Shown one piece after another: positions 29,590 to 38,382 of a DNA stretch of 64,000 nt. Location: positions 3,705-67,704 of IMG/VR virus record IMGVR_UViG_3300049440_000156; one strand, written 5' to 3'. The position numbers were made by a program, and so were the translations under genes. Under the pieces are notes generated by a model. The model was given only the letters and a program-made list of their open reading frames with translations, ran no database searches and was not told the DNA's origin. Origin of the DNA: a virus. Numbering within the stretch: the stretch's first letter is position 1; every line of letters begins with the position of its first letter.

Positions 29590-29757
29590 TTACGAACTTG
29601 TTTTTGGAACGGCAGTGTCCGCCGCGACTTGCGCGCCTACGCTCGCCACAGTCGAGTCAATCACCGCATGCACCGCAGCCTTGGCTTTCTGGATTCTGTC
29701 GAGCGCTGGGGCCAGAGCTGCTACCGCGTCCTTCAATTCTTTGACTTCTGTGTCCAT
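29590..29757 (-). CDS. 55-aa protein MDTEVKELKDAV...
   Basis: GAGG RBS; fills the gap; hand translated. Confidence 0.5.
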   Translation of the reverse strand: MDTEVKELKDAVAALAPALDRIQKAKAAVHAVIDSTVASVGAQVAADTAVPKTSS

Positions 29758-29760
29758 GAG

Positions 29761-30027
29761 CTACCTCACGTTGTACTTGCTGGCGCTCGATTGCGCAGCG
29801 GGATCAGCGACGTTCCCATTCGTGGGCGATGTGGACCAGGCCAGCAGCTTCGGCACCCAGATTTGCCCCTCACGCACGGCCACCGCAATACCAGCAGCCT
29901 TCAGGATGTTGAGCACACCGGCCCATGAGTGAAGATGAAACGTGCCTGAGAACATGGTCATCAGTGCAGCATTGGTTAGAACCGCGTTGACCGCATTCTT
30001 GAGCGCGATGACAAGAAAAGATTTCAA
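29761..30027 (-). CDS. Small membrane protein (holin candidate)
   Basis: Two hydrophobic segments; located in lysis region. Confidence 0.45.
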   Translation of the reverse strand: MKSFLVIALKNAVNAVLTNAALMTMFSGTFHLHSWAGVLNILKAAGIAVAVREGQIWVPKLLAWSTSPTNGNVADPAAQSSASKYNVR

Positions 30028-30039
30028 GTTGCCACTCCT

Positions 30040-30333
30040 TCACTTCTTCGTCGGCGTTTTCAGTTCCTTGGCTGCCGTTTCAGCTTCTTTTGCACTATGA
30101 AAATATCTGGTTCGCCCTTTTTCGTCGAGTAAAGGGGAACCGTTATACTCAATCCAAAATGGTGACGGCCCAGCCTGTGCAATCCTGATCTCCACCGGCC
30201 TGTGCTGGATCGTTTTGTCATACCAGCACACACGCTTACCGCAATGCCAGTAGCATCCCGTGAGTAGCGCTATAAGGCACAGCGCGATAACGATTAATGG
30301 AATCCGTTTCACGCTGCAGCTCCTTATGGACAA
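30040..30333 (-). CDS. Small lipoprotein
   Basis: IVIALCLIALLTG|C lipobox. Confidence 0.55.
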   Translation of the reverse strand: MSIRSCSVKRIPLIVIALCLIALLTGCYWHCGKRVCWYDKTIQHRPVEIRIAQAGPSPFWIEYNGSPLLDEKGRTRYFHSAKEAETAAKELKTPTKK

Positions 30334-30821
30334 TTCAAACTGGAGCTCACAGCAGGAATTGAACCCGCGGCCTCTCGGTTAGATACCGAGCGCTCTTTCT
30401 CTGAGCTATGTGAGCTTGGCTCCCCGCTGGGCTTTGAACCCACCGCAGCGCTAGCTTCCGCAGGCGGGGAATAACGCCGCAGCCGATAACTGGCCAGCGG
30501 CAATGCTTGTTCTTTTGTGAGGGGGATCGTCGCAACTGCCGTAACACCCAATTCCAATTTATCCGGGTCTTTGTACTCGGCAAACAACTTCGGCGGAAGC
30601 ATTCCATCGCACAGTTTGCGATACGTTCTCTGAAATGCTTTTTCACTCTGGCCGCCATCCAGCATGATGATGCGCGGCTCGCCAGGTACTTCAGTCCGAA
30701 TCGAAGGCCCAGCGATGCGCGCCATGTGGAAAACGGCATGCGCGGCCTGCACCAACTGCTGCTCTTCGGGCAGGTCGCCGCGAACGAACACGTAAATCGT
30801 CTTGTCGTCCAGGGACGTCAC
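30324..30821 (-). CDS. Peptidyl-tRNA hydrolase, PTH2-like
   Basis: YVFVRGDL....QLVQAAHA, EYKDPD...GVTAVATIP; GTGA coupling with upstream gene. Confidence 0.75.
   Translation of the reverse strand: MTSLDDKTIYVFVRGDLPEEQQLVQAAHAVFHMARIAGPSIRTEVPGEPRIIMLDGGQSEKAFQRTYRKLCDGMLPPKLFAEYKDPDKLELGVTAVATIPLTKEQALPLASYRLRRYSPPAEASAAVGSKPSGEPSSHSSEKERSVSNREAAGSIPAVSSSLNCP
30341..30415 (-). tRNA. Atypical tRNA (nominal Arg-TCT)
   Basis: GCTCACA TA GCTC AGAGAAA GAGC G CTCGG TATCTAA CCGAG AGGCC GCGGG TTCAATT CCTGC TGTGAGC T CCA. Full cloverleaf, but A33 and no GG in the D loop. Confidence 0.75.
30417..30470 (-). ncRNA. D-armless tRNA-like mini-RNA
   Basis: TCCCCGC/GCGGGGA acceptor stem + G + CCA; T arm TGGG-TTCAAAG-CCCA. 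Confidence 0.5.
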
Positions 30822-31612
30822 GCTGCAGCTCCTTGGCTCTCGCTGAAGAATCTCCAAATCACATCCCAGCACTTCGGCGCTTTGAAGTAATCGCCATGCG
30901 TCTTAACCGGATCAAGCAACTCTGCCGGCAGAATGCTGCTGCAGTCCACAGCCTGAACGTTTGGCACTCGGGCCCAAATCGGCCCAATGGCTCCCAACCG
31001 CGCGCGCCCGTGAAGGATTCCTGAACTTTCAAGCGCTACATCTGCCGGGCAATACATCACCAGAATTTCTCCGCTTACCTGCGCAATGTTTGAGGTCTTG
31101 AGCACATCGAAATCAACATCGGCCGCCACCATGGCTAGCTTGTCCACGTAAGGCGCCGTTGCTCCATTCACCAGTTCAAAGGCTTTCTGGAGCAGGTAGT
31201 TGCCCATTGAGTGGCAAACTGCATGTGGGCAGTCTAGATCGATAAGCGCATTCATCAGGTCGCCGGCGCTCTCTTCCGCTTTCTTGCGGTCCTGCTCGTA
31301 ATCGAAGATTGAGCCGTCTGAGTTCCACAGGAAGCCTACCAGTGTTACCGCGTCTCCCAGCCCGTCAACAATCGACTGCATCACGCCCCACGCGGTCTTT
31401 GCTGATTCGTTGTAGCCGTGGACAAAGAGCACAACCGGCTTGCCTTCAGCCTTGATTTGCTCAATCGCTTCCTGATTACCCAGCCGCGCCCAATACTGAG
31501 CGTCGGCGAACGGTTTGCCCGGCGTTGACCACCACGTATTGCCATTGGGGTTGCGGTCGTTCGTGAATCCGTGTTCGTTGGCCAGCCGGTTGGTTACGGT
31601 GAAGACGCTCAT
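30818..31612 (-). CDS. Alpha/beta hydrolase (DUF900-like esterase)
   Basis: LFVHGYN, CHSMGN nucleophile elbow, AADVD, DVALESS, THGDYF. Confidence 0.85.
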   Translation of the reverse strand: MSVFTVTNRLANEHGFTNDRNPNGNTWWSTPGKPFADAQYWARLGNQEAIEQIKAEGKPVVLFVHGYNESAKTAWGVMQSIVDGLGDAVTLVGFLWNSDGSIFDYEQDRKKAEESAGDLMNALIDLDCPHAVCHSMGNYLLQKAFELVNGATAPYVDKLAMVAADVDFDVLKTSNIAQVSGEILVMYCPADVALESSGILHGRARLGAIGPIWARVPNVQAVDCSSILPAELLDPVKTHGDYFKAPKCWDVIWRFFSESQGAAA

Positions 31613-32151
31613 ACGCTTGCGGCCTCTTCTGTCGGCGGAATCCACGCCGCACGTTTGTCCCAATTCTTAAACCATGCAGCCATGCTGGGCGAGGTAGCTT
31701 CGAGCGCTTTGTAGTAAAAGGCCGCTTGGGTGCAAATCTCGGGAAGCAGTTCGCCGGCTTTCAGGTTGTTGCAAGCCGTGGCCGTCTTGGTTCCGAAGAC
31801 GCCGTCCACTGTGACCGGAATACCGCGCCCGTAAATCGCGTGCTGAAGGATCTTCGTTGCGTGACCCTTGTCGCCCCATTGCATATTCACGGCCAGGTCG
31901 AGCACTTTGGTCATTACCTGCTGGTCGTCGATCGCGGCGAAGTGTCCCCAGTTCTCGCGGTAGAGCTCTTCAGCCCGGTTGAGCGTCAGGCCTTCAATGT
32001 CTTCATCTGGAAACGAGTGAGCGGAGATACCGAACTTTGTACCCTTGAGCTGGCCGTCAGCCGTCCAGTTGCCTGGATCGTCGGCACGATTCTGGAATCC
32101 GCCTTCGTGTGTTGCGATGATGATGTCGATTGCTTTTCTGAAATTACTCAT
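31609..32151 (-). CDS. Endolysin, glycoside hydrolase family 108 with peptidoglycan-binding domain
   Basis: HEGGFQNRADDPGNWT...GTKFGIS, DLAVN, VDGVFGTKT. Confidence 0.9.
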   Translation of the reverse strand: MSNFRKAIDIIIATHEGGFQNRADDPGNWTADGQLKGTKFGISAHSFPDEDIEGLTLNRAEELYRENWGHFAAIDDQQVMTKVLDLAVNMQWGDKGHATKILQHAIYGRGIPVTVDGVFGTKTATACNNLKAGELLPEICTQAAFYYKALEATSPSMAAWFKNWDKRAAWIPPTEEAASV

Positions 32152-32363
32152 TCGTCTCTTTCGCTCATTCCAGACGTCACGAAGCCACTCTTCCAGCCAT
32201 TCGTCTTGTTTGTCGAACGGCCAGTCGATGAATCCATCGGGTAACCCACTTCCGCTTCCGGCTCCGGATCGACTACCGTTGCCGCGCGCGAGTATTCCCG
32301 GCACAAGCTGGATAGCAGGTCGTCGTCTGAGTCGAGAGGTGTTCTGCATTCGAGGCATCGCAT
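32148..32363 (-). CDS. Small Cys-containing protein
   Basis: MRCLEC start; ATGA overlap with endolysin. Confidence 0.45.
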   Translation of the reverse strand: MRCLECRTPLDSDDDLLSSLCREYSRAATVVDPEPEAEVGYPMDSSTGRSTNKTNGWKSGFVTSGMSERDE

Positions 32364-32384
32364 TTCGCTTCTCGGGAGAAAATC

Positions 32385-32411
32385 AAAAAGCCCAGATTGC
32401 TCCGGGCTTTT
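32385..32411. terminator. Bidirectional intrinsic terminator
   Basis: AAAAAGCCCAG-loop-CCGGGCTTTT. Confidence 0.7.
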
Positions 32412-32750
32412 AGGCTCTGGCGAATTCTCCGCGACCTCGCTTTCCTCAATGAATTGACCGACTCAACCTCGATTGGTTCCGCTCTGTACATTCTGAGCCG
32501 CTGCGTCCCTCGGTTTTTGTTCCTTGAACCCTGGCCGGTAACCCGGCTTCTGTCTTGCTTCCTGCCGAGCTGGGCAGACTTGGCTGTGGTTCCTTGCACG
32601 GTAATTTCCACAGTCTTCACAGAACACCGTGCGCCGGACTTTCACAAAGACTCCAGAGGGGCAGAAGCTCACTACCTTCTACCCCTCACCCGGTTTACCG
32701 GGACATCGCCACCGGCTTTACGGCGGCTGCGTTCGTTGGGTGTTATTTCT
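32412..32750 (-). ncRNA. Candidate structured RNA upstream of lysis genes
   Basis: Dense hairpins, no convincing ORF, ends at a terminator. Confidence 0.45.
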
Positions 32751-33242
32751 TTACACGCTCATGAACTGGCGTATCTCTTCCATGTTCGGCAGTGGTCCTG
32801 TACGGACTGCTTTGCGGTCAATCTCAGCCGGGTAGAACGCCAGCTTGATTTTGGCGGTCTCGATGTGATCCTGTTCGCTCACGATCCGGTTGTGCTCATC
32901 ACGGATACGCTGAACCCGCAATGCCTTCTGGTAATCAGTCATACCAATGGTTCGCGATTCTCCGTGCATTCCGGCATAAGCATCCGCTTCGCCGCGGGTG
33001 ATTGGAACACAAGGCCTCAGCGACATCACGCGATTCGAGGTCAGTTGTACGCCGGTGATCTCGCGCTGATTTGTGGGGGTTCCCATCTTGTATTGAGCGT
33101 AGACCGGCCGGTAGGTGCTGTCCGTGATGCCCAAGCGAGCTTCGCGTATGCCGATGTAGGCGATGTGGAAGCCGTTCGAGTCCATCAGCGGGATCTCGTG
33201 AGCGGCGCTCGATTTGTCGCGTCTGCGATTGTTTCTTGGCAT
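32751..33242 (-). CDS. Hypothetical protein (first late-region gene)
   Basis: 163-aa ORF. Confidence 0.55.
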   Translation of the reverse strand: MPRNNRRRDKSSAAHEIPLMDSNGFHIAYIGIREARLGITDSTYRPVYAQYKMGTPTNQREITGVQLTSNRVMSLRPCVPITRGEADAYAGMHGESRTIGMTDYQKALRVQRIRDEHNRIVSEQDHIETAKIKLAFYPAEIDRKAVRTGPLPNMEEIRQFMSV

Positions 33243-33481
33243 GTTTTTAGGGAATAGAAATCTTATGAGAGTTGCTGCGCTCCAAACTTCGCGGGAGTGG
33301 CCTTTTGAGGGCGCGCTGCTTGTTCAGCAGGTTTAATTTCGTCTCTCTCTTTGGTAGGCCACGACCGTTAAACCACTTCTGGGTCGATTTAACGGCCGCG
33401 TCACTTTAGGAGAAGAGAATCAATGCACTGAGAATAGTGCCAGAGGGGATACGATGTGAAGATGTTAAAAATAACAGGCCA

Positions 33482-33700
33482 CTAGGAATTGCGGGCGACT
33501 TGTGATTTGTCCGCAGGGCGGACGTAGATCAGGGTTAACTCTCCCGCTTCAGCCAACCGCGATATGTAGCGGTTCACCGTCATGATGTGCGTGATTTCGC
33601 AAGCGCTGGCTATTTCCTTGAGACTTGGGCGCTCGTTATGTTTGGCCTGGTAAGACAAAATGAAATCGCGGATCTCAAGATGCTTTGGGGAAAGGTTCAC
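33482..33700 (-). CDS. LexA-type winged-helix DNA-binding protein (no peptidase domain)
   Basis: LSPKHLEIRDFILSY......PSLKEIA......TVNRYISRL.EAG. Confidence 0.8.
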   Translation of the reverse strand: MNLSPKHLEIRDFILSYQAKHNERPSLKEIASACEITHIMTVNRYISRLAEAGELTLIYVRPADKSQVARNS

Positions 33701-34702
33701 GGTTGCACCTCGCCATCAATCACCGGCTGGCCTTCCTGTAGCACCAGCGGTGATTCGCTTGCCGGCCCGTACTCATGACAGACCAGAGCCGTCAGGAGCG
33801 CCTCAGCTACCTGTGGGCCAGTGAACATGTTTCCCGACGTCTGGAACATCAGCGCCAGCCGAGTGATAGCGCCTTTCAAAACAAACTCAGCGCAGGCCTT
33901 CTCGCGAGCCGTTCGAGGGATGGCGAGTTTGGTCAGGGAGACCTTCACAGGGTTTTACCACCTGGGTCACGGTCAGGGAGTAGCGAAAGGACAGCTTCCA
34001 AATGCGGCATGACGTACTCGCGTGACCACTTCTCACCCATGCCTTCGCGCCAGAGCGGTCCCTGGGCGTCGATGCGCTGCAGCCCGTAGTGGGTCTCCAT
34101 CATGTCGGCTTTGCGGCGCTCTTCGGCGCGCTCACAGCGCACATCGTTGCGAAAGCGAACATCATCCTGTAATCCGAAATCGAAAGGCCATAACGCGATA
34201 CGACCATGGAGCACAAAGCTTCTCGCCAGAGAATGCCACAATTTAGACGTGCTTCTGCCTCTCGGCCAGCCGGGAATGATGTCGCGTGCCTTCATGGCTC
34301 CCTCGGCTCGGCGGCTGGCTCGTCACGCCCAATCCCACACCTAACTCCAATTTCAACAATGTGCGTGCTTCCCATCCTGCACCAGCCATCCCTGAATCCA
34401 TTGCGCTGATGTTCCGCGATTGTATTGCGTAGATCGTCCCATTGAATCTGAGTGAGACGAATTCTGTCCAAGTTGGCGATGCGGATTTCATACTTCGCCT
34501 GAACGGTTGGCCAAACTACAGGCGGCAATGGTGCGCACTCGCATTTCCTATGCCCGAATCCTTCAGCATCTTCGCGGGTATCCCGCTCGCATCGTTCGCA
34601 CTGATAAACGCACTTGCCCAGCGAACTGCCGAAATGTAAACCGCCGCAATAAGAGCACACGGGCTGGCCGATATGCGGATTGTAACTTGCTGGATTACTC
34701 AT
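33697..34702 (-). CDS. Three coupled hypothetical genes (33697-33948, 33945-34295, 34292-34702)
   Basis: Chain of RTGA overlaps. Confidence 0.55.
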
Positions 34703-34717
34703 AAATTCATCACTCCC

Positions 34718-35227
34718 TCAAGGCTTCTGGCCCTCTGCTAGCTCAACTCCGGTAGTGGCCCCGAATCGAATCAATTCTGTGCTATAGGGCAGCATTAGCG
34801 TATGGCGTGGCGTTCCATCTGGATTCTTGCCGAAGCACACGGCCTCTGGGAACTCCCGCAAGATAGCCTTGGCCTGCCAATCGAAGCGCATACCATTCCG
34901 GCCCCAGGCCGCCGTGAATTGCGTGGCTCCAAACTGTTCAAAGTATTTGCGGATGTGCTTGGCCGTGTTCTCATCTCCAATCGGCTGGCAATGGGCTGGC
35001 TTTGGGGCTGTGCTACGGAAGGCGGAAAGGTTCACCTTGAGCAACCCGCCGAATCCCTGGCGCGCAGAGAAGCCAATATCCTTGCGAATCGTCGGATCGT
35101 TCTCGCGCTCATCTGCGGTCGAGGGATTCACACCACAACTACAGTTGACCGGAAGCAAGTCATCCCACACGCGCAGCAGCCAATAGCGGTACTTGCGGTC
35201 ATCGGATAAATAGGCGTCAGTTATCAC
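34718..35227 (-). CDS. DUF1643 family protein
   Basis: YRYWLLRVW, NPSTADE..NDPTIR, AAWG, GTPRH. Confidence 0.85.
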   Translation of the reverse strand: MITDAYLSDDRKYRYWLLRVWDDLLPVNCSCGVNPSTADERENDPTIRKDIGFSARQGFGGLLKVNLSAFRSTAPKPAHCQPIGDENTAKHIRKYFEQFGATQFTAAWGRNGMRFDWQAKAILREFPEAVCFGKNPDGTPRHTLMLPYSTELIRFGATTGVELAEGQKP

Positions 35228-36399
35228 TTGCTGCCCTCCTGAGGCTCGGCTGGTGGGGCGGGAAGGGGTTGCCAGTGCGTGATTACTACAACTCCTCTAT
35301 CATCTTCATCGTCGCGCCCACCCAGCCGCCATTCCCCGCTTTCCGGGATCAGGCCATCAACCTCGGTAAACACTCGCTGATGATCATGTTTAGGGAAGTA
35401 GCAGACGGTATCCACGAATGGCTCGCCACCCACATAGATGGGATGGGCAGGACGATCCACGATATAGCCCAGAACGGTATGCGTATGTGGTAGCTTTTCC
35501 TGGACGCTAACCCACCCCGTCCCCTCTCCCCCAGCATCGGCTTGATCACCTGTGTTTGGCGTGGCGTTAGACTGCTGCGGCCGAGGATTGGCGTGCACTT
35601 CAGGAATCCCATGATCCAGCCCAGCATCACTCATTGGGGCGGCCACGCGGCAACACTCTTTGCATGAGGCTATGGTTTCGGCCTCAGAATCGGAGGACAG
35701 TTCCATAGTATGCTCGGTTATGGCGCGACAGCAGCGCATTCCCATGGCATCTTGTGCTTCACAATAACCACCTGAACGCTTAAAAGCCTTACGGCGTAGA
35801 TTCCGCAGCCCCGGCGCTCCCCCAGCATCTACTGCGCCCGCCGCGCATCGTGAAATGATCTTGGCAACTTCGTCTATGTCGGCTTCTCCATAGCCTTCCA
35901 GCGCTTCGCCATCGGGGAATAGAATCTCCCGCGCTGCATCTCTTGCCCATTGGCTCGACTCAACCGGAGCGGGGGCTTGGGCCTCCATACGGCGTAATAG
36001 TTCGGCGCGTGAACCAGAACTATTCCCCGTTTCGTCATAAGAAGCACCGCAGCCATCACACGTCCAGCCATCGGGCAAGGTATCCTTTAGCTTCCGCAAC
36101 AGCGGCTTGGCGCAGGCTCTGCAAAGAGGCTGTCCCACAGCGCCAGGGGGCGCGCTCTCAACCACAGGAGCTGAATAGAACCTGATGGCATATTGGGCAA
36201 GCACTTCTGACAGCCTCCAGCGCTTATTATTCTTGTCCGCCACCAGCCAGGCTCCATTCTGTTTTGAATAAGCAAAAGTAACCGAATTTCCTGCCGCACC
36301 TTGGAAAACGCCCAAAAAGTCATTCAGCCAATCCAGGGCATCTTCTGCGCTTGGACAGCGCTCCTTCTGGCTGTGTTTTGTTTCATCTGTTCCTGACAT
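35224..36399 (-). CDS. Mosaic accessory protein with DUF551-like C-terminus
   Basis: GWVSVQEKLP...ITHWQPLPAPP. Confidence 0.7.
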   Translation of the reverse strand: MSGTDETKHSQKERCPSAEDALDWLNDFLGVFQGAAGNSVTFAYSKQNGAWLVADKNNKRWRLSEVLAQYAIRFYSAPVVESAPPGAVGQPLCRACAKPLLRKLKDTLPDGWTCDGCGASYDETGNSSGSRAELLRRMEAQAPAPVESSQWARDAAREILFPDGEALEGYGEADIDEVAKIISRCAAGAVDAGGAPGLRNLRRKAFKRSGGYCEAQDAMGMRCCRAITEHTMELSSDSEAETIASCKECCRVAAPMSDAGLDHGIPEVHANPRPQQSNATPNTGDQADAGGEGTGWVSVQEKLPHTHTVLGYIVDRPAHPIYVGGEPFVDTVCYFPKHDHQRVFTEVDGLIPESGEWRLGGRDDEDDRGVVVITHWQPLPAPPAEPQEGSK

Positions 36400-36433
36400 C
36401 TGGAAAATTCCTTTCTTAGCGAGAAACTAGCCG

Positions 36434-36634
36434 CTAACTAGCCGGCCTTTTGCGGCTGTGCCGCCCTCTGGTCTTCGCTTTCCACCAGCCATGCCGGCCT
36501 AATTCTTCCTTGAGAATCCGGTAAAGCTTCTGCCGCCTGGTCAGCTTCTGTAGATCGTGCCGGAGAATGTGTTCTTTCCATCTCATTAGAGTCCGTTTGA
36601 GCGGCTTAGACGTCCTTTGTTCCACGTGCAACAT
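36434..36634 (-). CDS. Small basic protein
   Basis: 66-aa ORF. Confidence 0.45.
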   Translation of the reverse strand: MLHVEQRTSKPLKRTLMRWKEHILRHDLQKLTRRQKLYRILKEELGRHGWWKAKTRGRHSRKRPAS

Positions 36635-37079
36635 TGTTTATCTGTTCATATTCCGCACTCAGTGCGTCCAAAGCCTTCCAGTACTTCTCCCTCAACCTCT
36701 GGCGTGTTTCTATCGGCAGCAGCGCCAATCGGTCTTCGTTCAGGTTGTCTTTCAGATCGGCCCGTTTCACACGAATGGCGATCAGGTTGAGTTTCACCCT
36801 GGTTAAGTACTCTTCGTAGGGTTCATCTTTGCGTTTGGTGATGGCATCGATGGCCTCGACCACTTCATCTATGAAACCATACAGGCCTACGTATTCGACA
36901 CTGAAGTCAGTGTCCTCAGCGAGATCATGCAGGACGCCTACGATCATGTACTTTTCGCCGTATGCTTGGACGGCCAGCATGACGCGGAGCAGATGCAGAA
37001 TGTAGGGCTGGCCAGCTTTGTCTGTTTGGCCGATGTGCATTTCTAGTGCTAAGTCGATGGCTTCTTCTAACATGCTCAT
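36606..37079 (-). CDS. HD-domain phosphohydrolase (small RelA/SpoT-hydrolase-like)
   Basis: H.GQTDKAGQPYILH, GVLHDLAEDT, VKRADLKDN. Confidence 0.9.
   Translation of the reverse strand: MSMLEEAIDLALEMHIGQTDKAGQPYILHLLRVMLAVQAYGEKYMIVGVLHDLAEDTDFSVEYVGLYGFIDEVVEAIDAITKRKDEPYEEYLTRVKLNLIAIRVKRADLKDNLNEDRLALLPIETRQRLREKYWKALDALSAEYEQINNVARGTKDV
36618..36633. promoter_or_regulatory. Canonical parS-like site TGTTCCACGTGCAACA
   Basis: One mismatch to the parS palindrome TGTTCCACGTGGAACA. Confidence 0.45.
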
Positions 37080-37129
37080 ATTTGCCGCATCCTCCTGGCG
37101 TGTTTACGCTCTGCTGGGTCCCTTACCCG

Positions 37130-37957
37130 CTATGAGCCGTGCTCCGTGGTTACGCTTAACTGCTGCTGCGCTGGCTGCGCTTCCTTTTCCAGTTCCGCCA
37201 ATTGCCGTTCAACCGCTTCCGCGATGTCACGCGCTCTGCCGGCGACGTGCTTCAAGTCCTCTTTGTAGCGCTCCATCACGTTCGCTTCGTTCATCAGCCG
37301 GTGTACCGCTGCGCCCACCTTTGCCGGGTGCATCCATCCGCTTCTGATGTTGAGGCCGCTGGCCGTCTCGTATTCCCGTATGATTTGTTCCAGACGTTTG
37401 GATTTTTCTTCCGCCTGTTCAAGGTCGTATTTGAGACCGCCGTGTTCGGACTTAACCCGCTCCTTTACCGCTTCCTGGATCTGCTTCTCGATGTCCGCAA
37501 TGCTTTGCGCCCGGACGGAATAGAGCAGAGAGCACAGCATGTGCCGGTCTGGAGGTAGCGCCTTCATCCGCTCGGGCTTCTTTAAGACCTTCAGCTTCTC
37601 GCCCTTGAGCACCATCCAACCCCATGGCGTTGGTATCTCGTCGATCCGCGCGATTGAACCGTCACTGGTCACCAGATAGAACCATTCACAGAACTTGCCT
37701 ATCTCTTCCGCTTTCTCCGGTTGCTTCAGTTCGCGCAGCCAGTCTGAACGTGACACCTTGATCTCAAAGCCTGTCATTTCCCGCCCGCGACTGCGATACA
37801 TCCCAATCGAAATAGCATCGGCAGAGCGAGTTGAATCAAAGCCGGTCGAGTCCCTGACTTCAAACAGGGTGATGTAGTGCGGGTGGGAGAATTTGTCCGC
37901 AAGAGCTTCTCGAATCGTCGTTGGAGGCTTGAGGGCTAGAGTTGCGGCTTCGTTCAC
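37130..37957 (-). CDS. PD-(D/E)XK nuclease-like (MmcB-like) protein with coiled coil
   Basis: FEV...RSADAI...GFEIKVSRSDWLREL..PEK. Confidence 0.75.
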   Translation of the reverse strand: MNEAATLALKPPTTIREALADKFSHPHYITLFEVRDSTGFDSTRSADAISIGMYRSRGREMTGFEIKVSRSDWLRELKQPEKAEEIGKFCEWFYLVTSDGSIARIDEIPTPWGWMVLKGEKLKVLKKPERMKALPPDRHMLCSLLYSVRAQSIADIEKQIQEAVKERVKSEHGGLKYDLEQAEEKSKRLEQIIREYETASGLNIRSGWMHPAKVGAAVHRLMNEANVMERYKEDLKHVAGRARDIAEAVERQLAELEKEAQPAQQQLSVTTEHGS

Positions 37958-38382
37958 CTGAGCACCTCCGCGCAAATCTGCTTGCCCTCCGGCCAGTAGA
38001 AGAATCCCTGGTGTCCAGTCAATGGGATCGGCTTGGGCAATGGCCGCACGTTCTCCAGCCGCCACGCAAAGCGCCCTTCTGACCAGTCGCCGTACAACCG
38101 CTCACGCTCTGAAATCACGCCTATTCCGCTCTCGGTTTCAACGCAAGCCGTTATCGTTGCCACGCAGATCACTGAGCCGTAGGCCAGAGTGAACGGGTCT
38201 ACTTCGTCCATCAGCATCTGTGTCCGGGCTTCGCGGCTCATGTCCGAGTCGCGGAACTTGCGCTTTGCGGCATGAATAGCTACCTCGCCCAATTGATGAC
38301 AGGGCTTGGAGCGTGTTTCGTATTGTTTGAGCCCGCGGCGAATCAGTTCCGCCCAGGGCTGCCAGAGGGAGATGACTCGCAT
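37954..38382 (-). CDS. ASCH domain protein
   Basis: ISLWQPWAELI..G.KQYETRS, AIHAA, GHQGFF. Confidence 0.9.
   Translation of the reverse strand: MRVISLWQPWAELIRRGLKQYETRSKPCHQLGEVAIHAAKRKFRDSDMSREARTQMLMDEVDPFTLAYGSVICVATITACVETESGIGVISERERLYGDWSEGRFAWRLENVRPLPKPIPLTGHQGFFYWPEGKQICAEVLR

Noticed and set aside
30341-30415. Amber suppressor tRNA / stop-codon recoding
   Set aside because: CTA is off-centre in the 7-nt loop (TCT is centred), and many genes end cleanly at TAG without fragmentation.
16230-32745. ACACCCAA-like motif near both structured leaders as a late promoter
   Set aside because: Too short and too few copies to distinguish from chance by eye.
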